DNA of 64,000 nucleotides from Podarcis filfolensis (Eukaryota): NCBI GenBank assembly GCA_964270895.1, contig OZ185437.1; one strand, 5' to 3'. Numbering within the stretch: the stretch's first letter is position 1; every line of letters begins with the position of its first letter. Positions 47,916 to 59,912 of this stretch are shown piece after piece. The notes below the pieces were generated by a model. That model worked only from the letters and a program-made list of their open reading frames with translations, was not told the DNA's origin and made no database searches. The translations under genes and the position numbers were made by a program.

Positions 47916-49101
47916 TTTATGCCTTGCTACTGAATTCCAAATTGGTAAGATCAGCCTGATTTGTGTAAACCAAGGAGATGAGGAACCTTTTTCTCCTCAA
48001 GGAACCATATTCCCTCAGGGAAAAGTGCGCATACCAGCAGCAAGTGGGGCCAGATACAAAAGTGGGTAGTGCCAACCTACACCTTGTTCTCACACACCAC
48101 ATTCACACAATCACACATACCTAGTACACAAACACAGTCTTATGCATGTGTGCACACACAACCCCTCTTGATTCAGGCACACATTTAAAATACACAGCAC
48201 ACAGTCTTCCTTGTTCAGTCCTGCTCCCTCAATTGATATTTTTACTGTAAACCTCTATGGCAGAAGTTGCTGGTAGTACACAACTGTAAGTGTAGCCTAT
48301 AGGAAGAATAATCAAACGTGTGTTCTAATTCTTGCCCATTTATCATTTATGAATCCAGCTGACTTGCAAGGTTTTTTGGGGGGGTGGGGAAGGGACTCCT
48401 GCTGATAACATCCTGGAAATTTCATTAGCTCTCATAACCGTTGTCAGCAAAAGAGCTTTATAATCAGTCAGCAATATATATTTTACATTTTTGCACTTAT
48501 TCCTTCCTTAAAATGCATAAACATTGGCTAGTTAAGGCATGGCAACTCTGAATATAACAATCCATTATATGTTTTCACAGAAATAGTAGGTTGTTGATAC
48601 TGATTGAATGGGAACCTTTTAAAAACTGAATCATGTACTTTGAAATGTTTGAATGTATATACAAAAAACCCTATTCGGCTGTGGCTGACTTAAGTCATAT
48701 TCAGAGTAGACTCACTGAAAAAAATGTATTTAAATTAGTCCGGGTTCTATTCGGAGTATGATTTAGTCAGATACATCGCGTAATAGTTTGCTGTTGTCAT
48801 TGCGTGACCTGACTGATCTTTATGTATGAAACCATTTGTAGCCATACATTACATTTGCCGCAGCAAAATGAATGCTTAACCTAGAACAAGGGTGCCTTTG
48901 ACTACCTCATAGCTATCACGGAAGTGTGGAACGTTAACTATAACAAGAAACATTCACTCACAATATGTCAACAGGAGGAAAGCTGAGGGACTTCGGTTTT
49001 GGTTATGTTGACAAAGCTTAGCTTTTAATTACAGAAGCACAAACCTTAATTTAACCATTTCGGTGCTTGCTTTAGAAGAAGGGAACATACACTATTAAAC
49101 A

Positions 49102-49282
49102 TACAGTGGTACCTTGGGTTACAGACGCTTCAGGTTACAGACCCCAGAAATAGTACCTCAGGTTAAGAACTTTGCTTCAGGATGAGAACAGCGCGGCGGC
49201 AGCAGAAGGCACCATTAGCTAAAGTGGTGCTTCAGGTTAAGAACAGTTTTAGGTTAAGTACTTAACCTGAGGTACCACAGTA
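49102..49282 (+). mobile_element. Tc1/mariner MITE
   Basis: TA-CAGTGGTACC...GGTACCACAG-TA. Confidence 0.88.
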
Positions 49283-50908
49283 TATGAAAAAATATTTTTA
49301 AATGTCAAATATATTGTCATTTGTTAAGCGAATAAATGTGTCCTCAATGAGGCATAATTCATAATTTCTCCATTTATCTGATGTATCTCTTCATGTCCTG
49401 GGGCACAGAACACATAGAACCTGCTACCACCGAGCTATGAGCTCTCCCCACAGAGTCCCATGGGTGGATATTGGAGGATATATGGGCATGGCTTTATTAT
49501 ATTTCCCTTTCTGTTAGAACCTGTGCTTAATCCACTTTCTGTACCTTTCTATCATTTCTGCCCACATGCTCTTGATTTAGCCTTTCCTCTTCAGAGATGT
49601 TTGGTGGCCGAAGACTAATAATATTAATAGTGAAAGAATCCCTGCAGCTGATATAATGGGAAATGGGTTCCTGTTAGCTCGTGCCTACTTTAGGGAGACA
49701 TTTCTAGCAGAGACAGGACAGTAATGAACCCTTCCTGAAAGCTTAGCAAGTAGCAGAATAATGGAATTTCATTTCTGTTCAGACTTTTAATATATGAAAA
49801 AGCACAGCCGGACTGTATGGGGGACTTAATTTTGTAGTGCAAAAATCTCAGTCACCTAATCATTTCATCCCAAGTCAGTGTAATGCAAATAGGATTATTG
49901 CATTAGAAATGTGATTTTAAATGGCCTGGAGCAGTAATTTGTCAGCATTTGGGAGGATTAAGTCCATTAAAGTTTAGGCAGCAACAGCCAGTCTTTTGTA
50001 TTGCATCATAGGTCACAGTACCAAACACTGAGCATAACCTGTCAAAAGCACATTTTGCAATTGCAGGTCTCCTGGCAGGGAGAGCACCTGCCATTTGCCT
50101 GTGCCCTTACATTACAGCACCTAGAATTACTCCAATTGTGGAAGCAAACCAGAGAAATAAAGAATAGTTCTTAGATTTGTTGATGCTTCTCATTTTTATT
50201 ATTATGAAAATCAGAGGTTTAGGCCTTACTTTAAAAACAGAGTGATTCAAATAATGAATCTTGATTTTTTCTTTTTGTCCAGGGAGATACGTGACCTGTG
50301 ATTTTTAACATTTGCTGTGAGAAATAATACACACAGGTCTTGCTATCCGAACACAATGCGTTCTCAGGAAACTGTTAGGTGAGCATTCACATAATGAGTG
50401 GATCATTTCCATTGATTCCTATGGGGAAATTTCTAATGCATTCCCGGCAACAAAATTTTGATCCCAGAATGGAAAAACCCAGGAAAACCCTCTGAAATCT
50501 TGCAAAAGTCAATCAAGGAAGGAAAAAATATTATTAATTAGCCAACCCCCCCACACTTCCCACTATGGTTTCTGGAGAAACGGCTACCATAGACCAGCAA
50601 AATCTTGTTTAAGGCTACTTATTTGTTTATAGTACTACATGCAGGTCTGGTTGTTTGGATATCTCAACCTGCACTGCTTATAACAAGGATCGGATCCTAA
50701 TTCATCATGTTTGGATAAGTGAATTTTTGTGTAATGAGTATTCAGATAGCAGGACTTGTGCGTTCTGTCAAATTATACTCATTTATGTGCTTGTTCCTCT
50801 ATTATAAAAATGATTGGGGTGAAAAAGCACTCATCATAACTTTGGCTGGGTCATACCCTAGATTTGTTACCTAGGTTTGCTGTGTATCAGTTGCTGAAGT
50901 ATACCAAA

Positions 50909-51161
50909 TACAGTGGTACCTTGGTTTACAAACTTAATCCGTTCTGGAAGTCCATTCTTAAACCAAAACGTTCTTAAACCAAGGCATGCTTTCCCATAGC
51001 AGCGGGGGACTCAATTTACAAATGGAACACACTCAATAGGAAGCAGAACATGTTCTGCTTCCAAGGCAAAGTTCACAAACCAAAACACCTTCTGGGTTTG
51101 CATCGTTCTTAATCCAAATTGTTCATAAACTAAGTTGTTCTTAAACCAAGGTACCACTGTA
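50909..51161. mobile_element. Tc1/mariner MITE (other subfamily)
   Basis: TA-CAGTGGTACCTTGGTTTA...TAAACCAAGGTACCACTG-TA. Confidence 0.9.
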
Positions 51162-51450
51162 TCTTACAAATGTAATAGGACCATTTTCCCTAAATGTACC
51201 TTTTTGCTGGTAGAATATCTGCTTTCTGCTTTTGATACATATTCCAATAACTTTGCTAGTATATATTGAATTCTGAAGTTTTAGAAATTGTATCATTTGG
51301 GCACCAGATTTGTGTACATAGGATGCTTGCTTTCCAGATGGCAGGGTAATGAACCTTTTGAAACTGAGATGGCTCAGCTTTGTAGTTCATTTGGTTTGAT
51401 TGTTCAGTTTTTAAGGTATCATTTTACTCTGATAGAAGTTAGAAAGTACG

Positions 51451-51609
51451 TAATCATAGTATCATAGAATTGTGGAGTTGGAAGGGAGCAGAAGTGTCAT
51501 CTAGTCCAAGCCCCTGCAAGGCAGGAATCTTTTGCCCCACGTGGGGCTTGAACCCAGGACTCTGAGATTAAGAGTCTCACATGATTCTATGCTCTACTGA
51601 CTGAGCTAT
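51451..51609 (-). mobile_element. tRNA-Lys-headed, CR1-tailed SINE
   Basis: Reverse strand: tagctcagtcagtagagcat...gagactcttaatctcagagtcctgggttcaagccccacgtggggc, then CR1 tail. Confidence 0.8.
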
Positions 51610-53891
51610 AATTTATTGTATATGACTACTTTTGTCATGTTTGTAGTTATGTAAGTTGTGTATTATGTTGTAAGCTGCCCTGAGCATGGTTTTAACTTTG
51701 GAAAGGTGGCATACAAATGACTGACTGACCACAATGCAGACACACAGCCTGCAGATCAGATAACTTAACAGATACAGAAATCCAACACAAGCCAAATGAC
51801 TTGTAAGCAGCTTTTAACAATGTCTTGCAGATTGGTCCTGGACAACGTATGCATTTTCCATTTCCTTTGCTTTCAGTAACGCCCAACAATTATAATGAAG
51901 TATTTACCCACTGTCAAGAAGTTCCAAAAGTGAAGAATACCTCGGTTATTTTTAATAGCCAGTAGGAGACTATGCAACGAACAGCTTCAAAGGCCTCTAT
52001 TGCAATATTTTTCTGATGACTCTTTATAGGTGTCCATTATGGATGTTATTCACCAGCTTTTGTACATCAGGCTGGTTTGCACAACCCAGGAAGCCAAATT
52101 ATGGCCTGCTGGGATTGTGCAAACATGCCTCCCCACCCCCCAGAGCTCAAAATCAGTTTTCTGTTTCCTGGTCTTGTGCTAATCCAAGGTTTGGTTGGGC
52201 ATGCCATCTGAACCTGAGCTTGTGGTTAAACTTTCTCCTTGCTAAATAATCAGCTTGTAGCTAACGTTTTTCCTCATGCCAGAGTGAAAACGCCTGGGAA
52301 AGAGTAATGCAGCTGTGAGCTCCTCTCCTGGAGCCCACATGTCCACACAGTCCCATTATGCCACAACTTAGTAGCCAGTGTGTTTGGGGGTGGCTGGAGG
52401 AAGACATAATTGGGAGATGAGGCTGATACTCATCCGTATTCAATATTCTCACTATGCTAAGAGCTAAGGTGCATTTTTAACTGCTTCTAAAGAACCATTC
52501 TTGAAAATATATTGGTGGAAGTATATGACACCCATTTACCTCAGGGAGGAGATTTGTGCAGGGCAAGACTCTGGAGTGTGCTGTAGGGTTCGTGTATCCT
52601 ACTTGGGAAAGGAGACTCCTTCATTACAGTTCTTTAATCACATTCTTTCCCTCCACAAACATTATGTTGTGGATCTGGTTGGCTGCAGCTGTTGTGTGCA
52701 TGTTTTTCAAAATGCCTAGCCCATGTTCAGTTACGAGGTTCTCTTTGGGAATGTTTGAGAATTCTGGGTGCTTAGTCCAGATCTCAAAGAACCTATTATT
52801 GCTTCTTCATATAGTGTTACTGTTTTAGGGTACAACTTTCAGATCTCCTTAGGGAGAAAAAGTGGGATAAAACTGGTTTTAAATAAATGTATTTCTTAAA
52901 TAACCACATTTTGCTTCACAAGAAAGAGAATTTGTGGTGTTTGCCTTGTGGGTTAAGGAGAGAGTTTTATATGTGTGTTGAAGAACTATTCCATAACGAT
53001 TTCTCCTCTATTCAAAAAAATAAAAGATCATCCATCCTAAATATGGGTCAGCACCTTGTACTGGGCAGTCTGCCCAAATCAGCGGATTGTTAGAGCCAGA
53101 GTAGCTTTGTGTACAGAGGAAAGAAAACCGTTCACACAGACTCAGCCGCCTCAGCAGTCTAATACCCTGGATTATTTTTGGAACATCAGATAATTGGGAT
53201 AGTTCCAAACACAAAACTGAACAGCTTGTCGTGGTTTTCTATGCAGAGCCCTAGACTACTGTATGTCCTGCATTTTTATTCAGGCCTGGTTTCAGCAATT
53301 TGTAATGTGTGACTGTCACAAATGTCAGAAGTGTATGACCTGTCATATATAACGTGCTGGTATGAAATCTGTTAGCTTTTAGAACTAGGAATCTTCCCCA
53401 CCTCTGTATTACAGAGCTATGCACTGACATATTCTGTGATCAGATGCCACAGGATAAACAGAAATGGATTGTTTATTCTTTGTACAGAACTCCACCACAT
53501 GTATCTCCCCCTTCTTCCTTATTAGAAAGCACATTTCTTTGGGTGAAGGTTTGCAATATGCTGGTCATCTAATGTTGGCTCTGATAGACTCATCAACACC
53601 AATCTATACATTTAGAAATAGCATACTGTACTTGGGACCACACCACTTTTAAATGTAAACAAGGAGTTTGTTTGAATGCTTTTCCATGTCAACCCCCCCT
53701 CCATGTACACAGAGAAATAAACATGTCAGAGAAGGATTGGTTGGACGGATATGTTTGCTTATTTATGTTAGATCATTTAATTATGAGATTCCCCCCATTC
53801 TGAAGTAGCAGTCATAGGAGAAATGTCTGTTTTTTAACACCTGAATCAGTCCCATACTATTTGCTTGTACCATGTTTGACAATATTAAAGA

Positions 53892-54110
53892 TACAGTGGT
53901 ACCTTGGGTTACAGACGCTTCAGGATACAGACTCCACTAATCCAGAAATAGTACCTTGGGTTAAGAACTTTGCTTCAGGATGAGAACAGAATTCATGTGG
54001 CGGCAGCGGGAGGCCCCATTAACTAAAGTGGTACCTCAGGTTAAGAACAATTTCAGGTTAAGAACGGACCTTCAGAACGAATTAAGTTCTTAACCCGAGG
54101 TACCACTGTA
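53892..54110 (+). mobile_element. Tc1/mariner MITE
   Basis: TA-CAGTGGTACC...GGTACCACTG-TA. Confidence 0.9.
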
Positions 54111-54857
54111 CTCAGTTTCCCCTTTTCAGTGCTCTGTTACCTTAAAGTGACAGCAGCTAATATCATCAGCCAGCTCTAGCTAAACCAAACCATTTTTTCC
54201 AACCAGATTTCAGAGGTTGGCTCAAAAGCCCCTTTCTCTCCCATCCATCACAGAGGATGCCTCACCCCTGCAGCCCCAATATGTACTGGTGCTGTAGAGC
54301 CACCCCACCTCTTAGATGCTATATTGCCAGAACAAAAGCTATTGCTCTTCATTTGTCTGCTCATCTCTCTGCTTGCTAAACAGTGGCTGGCAAGAAGAAA
54401 CAATAAAAGCCCATTCTGCAGCAAATTGGAAGTCATGACTCATGCGTTTCTCATTCTCTAATGAATGTTATTAACAGTTAACAAGTTCTCTAAATCAGGT
54501 TAATATTGGTGGTATCACTCACAGTTGTCCCACTGGAAGAATTAGCACTCTCTTTCAACATTGCGGAGTGAACATTAGAGTCTTAAGAGGGGAGGTGGTG
54601 GGGTTATCCAAACTTTGGCACTATTTAAGGCAAAATGTACCAATAAAACTAGGGGTAATTTTAGTATACTTCTCTGCCCCCCGCTTCCCTTTCTCAAGCT
54701 TTTTCATGCTGTGATTTCAAAAAGGAATCCTTCCCATTAGTCAAAGGCTGTTTCTGAAGACTACTTAGAAACTGCCGCTAGTTCAGTTTATAGATGTTAG
54801 GTTACTAACTGGGAAAGCAGCTTTCTCCTGATTGAAGCACAGAGTGTCTGAGGACTG

Positions 54858-55557
54858 GGACATTTACAGGGAAACCGAAATGCTTATTTACAAAACCATT
54901 GTACTATCAATTTTACTGTATGCTTGTGAAACATGGACCACTTATAAACGCCTTCTCCAACTCCTAGAAAGATTCCATCAACTGTACCTCCGAAAAATGT
55001 TACACATCACTTGGGAAGACAGGCGAACTAATGTCAGTGTACTGGAAGAAGCAAAGATCACCAGGGTCAAAGCAATGATTCTTCAACATCAACTTTGTTG
55101 GACTGGTCATGTTGTGCGGGTGCCTGATTATCATCTTCCAAAGCAACTATTCTATTCCCAACTTAAGAATGGAAAGCGAAATACTGGTGGACAACAATAG
55201 AGATTTAAAGACTCTCTCAAGGCAAATCTTAAAAAAATGTAGTATAAGTACTGATAACTGGGAAACACTGGTCTGCGAGTGCTGCAACTGGAGAACAGTC
55301 TTTCCCAAAGGTGTCATAGACTTTGAAGAAGCACGAACTCAGGGTGAAAAGGAGAAACGTCGTAAGAGGATGGCACGTTTGACAAACCCTCACCATGATC
55401 AACTCCAGTTTGGAAACTTATGTCTCCACTATGGGAGGACATGTGGATCCAGAATTGGTCTCCACAATCACTTACAGACTCACTGTTAAGACCATGTTTA
55501 TGGAAAGACAATTTTACTTGGCTATGAGTGATTGCCAAAGAAGAAGAAAAGAAGAAA
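54858..55557 (+). mobile_element. RTE-clade LINE 3' fragment (non-Bov-B), C-terminal C2H2-like motif, (GAA)n tail
   Basis: LLYACETWTTY..LERFHQ..LRKMLHITWEDRRTN..WTGHVVR. Premature TAG at 55198 and a frameshift. Ends CGSRIGLHNHLQTH. Confidence 0.9.
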
Positions 55558-55644
55558 GCTAACTGGGATTGGCTGTTGGAAGCATATTTTTAGGTTGTGA
55601 AATGTCCTGAGATCTTACAGATATAGTTTGGTATACAAATTATT

Positions 55645-55646
55645 AC

Positions 55647-55687
<41 letters not shown>
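55645..55687 (+). repeat. (ATT)n microsatellite
   Basis: Direct reading. Confidence 0.95.
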
Positions 55688-55692
55688 GCGCC

Positions 55693-56114
55693 TGTGTGGT
55701 AGGAGATGGGTCACAGAAGTGTGATATTGACTCTTGGGTCACCCAGCCCTAGACTCATCCCTCCTTCACTGAACCATCCCATCTCCCCCAACCCTTTGGC
55801 TGGGTGATGGCTACGCCTAGGGGTTGGACTGGTTAGAGCAAACTAGGCCTATTACCCCACCAAAAAGTTCTGTGGGAAGGAATGGTTCAGGACTGGCTAG
55901 TGTTTTCTAAAGGAAAGGCTTCTTTCCTCTGCTCTGCTCCTGGGCCATAAAAGAGGGCCTATGGCTGGGGTCAAACTTGTTGTTTTTGCTGCCTTGCTTC
56001 AGTAAAAAGTTGAGGAAGACTTCACAGAATAGGGTGATTGGAAGATGGCTGTGCTGGATGGAATGGCAGTGGCTTTTCAATAAACACTAAAAAGCTGAGT
56101 CCTGCCTTCAGACA
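55693..56114 (+). mobile_element. Possible solo LTR
   Basis: TG...CA, CATAAAA near 55946, AATAAA near 56079. No TSD found. Confidence 0.35.
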
Positions 56115-56271
56115 TGGCAACCTTGTGGAGCTGAGTTCCAATGCTTTCAGGTGAGGATTGGTCAATTGTTGGGGTTGCGCCAAGATGGGAGCTGGGTTAA
56201 ATGTGGGTAGGGAACAACTGCCAGAAAAATTGCAGCGTTTTGGACTTTTTGGTTTAGAGAAATGGTGAGTA

Positions 56272-56680
56272 AGAGGTGACATGTTAGAAGTTTGTAAACT
56301 TACCCCTCTCTCATAACATTATAACTCATGAACATACAATGAAGTTGAATGCTGGAAGATTCAGGACAGACAAAAGAAAGCACATCTTCATGGAGTCGAG
56401 CTAAACAATGGAACTTGCTCCCACATGAAACAGGGATGGCCACCAACTTGAATGGCTTTAGAAGAGGACTGGATGAAGGCTATCTGCGGTGACCAGCCAT
56501 GATAGCTGTGTTCCACCTCCACTGACAGAGGCAGCTTGCCTGTTGCTGGAAACTGCAGGCGGGCAGAATGCTGTTGTGTTCATGCCCAGCTTACAGGCCT
56601 CCCACAGGCATCTAGCTAGCCATTTTGTGAGAATAAGATGCTGGGCTAGATCCAGGAGGATCTTCTCATGCTCTTATGTC
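56272..56680 (+). mobile_element. CR1 3' fragment
   Basis: atgaagttgaatgctggaagattcaggacagacaaaagaaag ... caggcctcccacaggcatctag. Confidence 0.8.
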
Positions 56681-57744
56681 TTGGTGGAAGGAGTCCTGGG
56701 ATACTGGCAGTGGGGGAGCCATGTGCTCTTTGTCTAGGGCAATGCAGACCACCATCTTCGAATGCAACCTAAAATGGCAGTAGCCTGTTATGCCTCACCT
56801 TATTGACTCATGTTCCATTTCCTGCCCTTATAATTGCCCAAGTCCTCTTGTGTTCTGAATATTTAAACAAAACTGAGTGATGAATTGGAGGGAGTGGCTG
56901 GACTGAGGGAAAGACAGTCCCTGCAGCATCTTGCAAGGTAGCAGTATTGTTTTTCTTTTTAAAGACTGTGTGCCTATATGCAAGCAGTTTCTGTCGGTGA
57001 GTAAACACATTAAGCCAGCTAATGCATATTTGTGATTGTAATATATTTAAGGTTCTTAACTATAATATGCTTATTAAAATATGGCTATAATTTTGCTAAT
57101 AGAAAGCAGCAACATGATTTATGAGTAATGACAAAATTCATTCCCATCCTCCAACATATTTAATATTTATGTGAAAAATTCTGTATTCAATTACATCTAA
57201 ATTTCTAGCATTTTAACAATGGCCTATTCCATGGAAGGTATGCACAATACATTTTGTACAGAGTAACGTTCAAAAATAAGCTTTATGCAAAGGGTCTTTC
57301 ACAGTGTGACACTATGTAGATTTAGGAAGAAGAAACACCCACCATACTAAATGGGGCTTACATCCTGGTAGATCATAGTAATTAATTCTGAATTTGCATC
57401 TGTACGTGGCAGATGCAAATCTTACCCCTCTTTTGCACTTTTTGGGGGTGATGCATTTCCTCTCCCTCTTTTTTCTTCTTTTTTGGCAATTTGTAAGTGG
57501 CCAGGATTTAAGTGGATCTTAAAATTTGACTTACCCTGTTTGTACCACTGCCATGAGTAAAGGGTTTCCTGTAACCTGCATGTAGGTGTCTAATCCAGCC
57601 CTAACATAGAATGTACCGGGAAAAACTTTGGGTGTATTGTATTTCATAATGTCTGTGAATGCTTTCCCATGTTGAAATGCAGATTCTCCTATTCAGTCGT
57701 CTGACAAGCTGCTTCTGAACGTCAGGGACAGTGCTTAGAGAGTA

Positions 57745-57970
57745 TTAGGGTTGCCATATTTCAAAAAGTAAAATTCCTGATACCTGCAAAGTTGCTGAGC
57801 TTTTTGGAAGAAACCTAACCGAAAAATAGTGATTTTAAGCTTCTTGAGCTGTTTCCGCTGCATCTGGGTTTCCCCTGACATTTTGCTAATTGGGCAAAAT
57901 TCCCCCAAAGCCTTTTTTACACCTGAAAACCAGGACATGTCAGGAATTTTCCTGACGTATGGCAAGTCTA
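57745..57970. mobile_element. MITE with TAGGGTTGCCATA TIR
   Basis: tagggttgccata ... tatggcaagtcta. Confidence 0.7.
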
Positions 57971-58334
57971 GGGAATGTCATCTGATGTAGTGCAAGGAGC
58001 TATCATTGGAAACAAATGTCCCATTGTATATGCAGAAAAGGATGAAAGAGCACAAACCACTATTTGGATTTCAGCCCTATTGTCATAGATTTAGACTGGT
58101 GCTGGTTCACCTTTTCCAAACACATTACCCTTTATATTCCTTGAATCTTTGCAAAATTCTTGGGGATAGTAATTGACAGCACGTATCATTTAGAAAGGAA
58201 CAAACTGGTGTAAGCAGAGAACAACTTCACTGGGAGACATTACAGCACATGACAATATCACGTAGGTGATTGTGTTATTATACCAGACATTAGAACTTAT
58301 GCACGGCTTGGCTGTTTTTGTTGATGAATTTATT

Positions 58335-58469
58335 CAGAGCTTTTTTTAGCTGGAACTCGTCGGAACTCAGTTCTGGCACCTCTCAAGTGGACGTCATTAT
58401 CATTCTAAGAGAATGAGGGAGGCATTCATGGTGCGTTCCGGCACCTCTTTTTCTAGAAAAATAGCACTG
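58335..58469. mobile_element. hAT MITE (CAG.GCTTTTTTT TIR)
   Basis: 8-bp TSD AATTTATT. Confidence 0.85.
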
Positions 58470-59471
58470 AATTTATTATTGTTTTTCGCTTTTGGAATAT
58501 GGAGGCCGAGAGAGCCAGCCCTGATGTGTTTTATGTACGGATAGAGAGGGGGCCTTGAAAACCTTGTAGTTCGAGGAGATAAGAAAGATGAAGCAAGAGA
58601 ATAATAGTGAGCAGAAAATGACATGCCCAAGTTCAGATATCAGGTCACACCAGGTGGGATTGGTTCCTTATGCGTCCAACTCCCTGATACATGACCCAAC
58701 CACTGGGCTGGATTGTCTGATATTAACAGCTTTGTCTGCTGCTGATGCAGCAGTTAAATAATGGATGTTGGTGCTTGAGTGCTCCCCTGTAGCTCTGTGT
58801 CTCTGTGTATTGCCTGTTTAATATTCCATTTCAGTTTAACCAAAGATGAAGCATCTAAAATGCCTATATCTTTCAGGAGTCATTTGCACTGAGCTGAATT
58901 CTTGTGATGGTTCTTTTTAAAACAGTGAGTTGTACATCAATACAAAGGGAATATAAAGAAGAAGGGACAAGGATGTGTGCATATGAGAGAGAGGGGGAGA
59001 GGGAGACAGTTGGGGTGGGAGTCTGAGGGTGGGGGAAAGAGATTTTTAAAAAAACCATAGTCTGTATTTTTTGGGGTCCCTTTTTATCAGCACAACAACA
59101 AAGTGTCTACTCTTCCTTCTACCCTGCACTGAATCACAGTACAGTAGTTTCGATCACTGCAATAGGCATGTAGCAGGAAAGCCAAGATAAGGGCTCTTTT
59201 TTGTGGCTGAATTTCAAGGGCTGGAGAGGATTGTGTGGGAAGCCAGGGCAGAAGCAGTGCTGTTGAGGAACTAGTGTATAGTAATGCAAGTGGATGACAC
59301 TGATAAATTGCTCCCCTAAGCCAGCATCTGCAGCAAATTGTCAGACTGAGACGAGTTCCCGGCATACCCTATTCCTCTGTGTGAATGAAATCTCAGTTGA
59401 ACCATTATTTACCCATCTACCTGTGAAATGTGGGAGGATAGGATTCATTGCCCTATTGCAGGTTTGATTTG

Positions 59472-59599
59472 NNNNNNNNNNNNNNNNNNNNNNNNNNNNN
59501 NNNNNNNNNNNNNNNNNNNNNNNNNNNNNNNNNNNNNNNNNNNNNNNNNNNNNNNNNNNNNNNNNNNNNNNNNNNNNNNNNNNNNNNNNNNNNNNNNNN
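59472..59599. other. Assembly gap (128 N)
   Basis: Run of N. Confidence 1.
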
Positions 59600-59837
59600 T
59601 GGATAGTGACTAGCCTGTTTCTGATTAGCAACATAGCTCTTTGGGAAAAGAAAAAAGGCTAAGTGGTTTTCTGAGTAAAGTACTGACTTTCCAAGGTCTG
59701 GAATCCTGTTTCCACTAAATGAAATGAATTTAATAGTCTTGACTTTGTTCTTTGTAGCTGAAGGAATGCACAGTTAAGCAACTACTTAGTATACTTTCAA
59801 GGCTCCCCCTTCCCCACCTCCCCAGCATACCAAGAAG

Positions 59838-59840
<3 letters not shown>

Positions 59841-59878
<38 letters not shown>

Positions 59879-59912
59879 CACAGAGAGAGAGAGAGAGAGA
59901 GAAAAGAGAGTG
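59841..59912 (+). repeat. (AT)n and (GA)n microsatellites
   Basis: Direct reading. Confidence 0.95.

Noticed and set aside
50283-50336. Possible cassette or poison exon in KIF26B intron 2 (strong acceptor tttttgtccag, in-frame TGA)
   Set aside because: The only donor is weak (AG|GTCTTG), and such acceptors are common by chance in long introns. No transcript evidence available.
51520-51609. tRNA-Lys(CTT)-like sequence, also at 7270-7333
   Set aside because: SINE head fused to a CR1 tail, with a disrupted cloverleaf. Not a tRNA gene.
59472-59599. Run of N inside two listed ORFs
   Set aside because: Assembly gap. The X-containing ORFs are artefacts.
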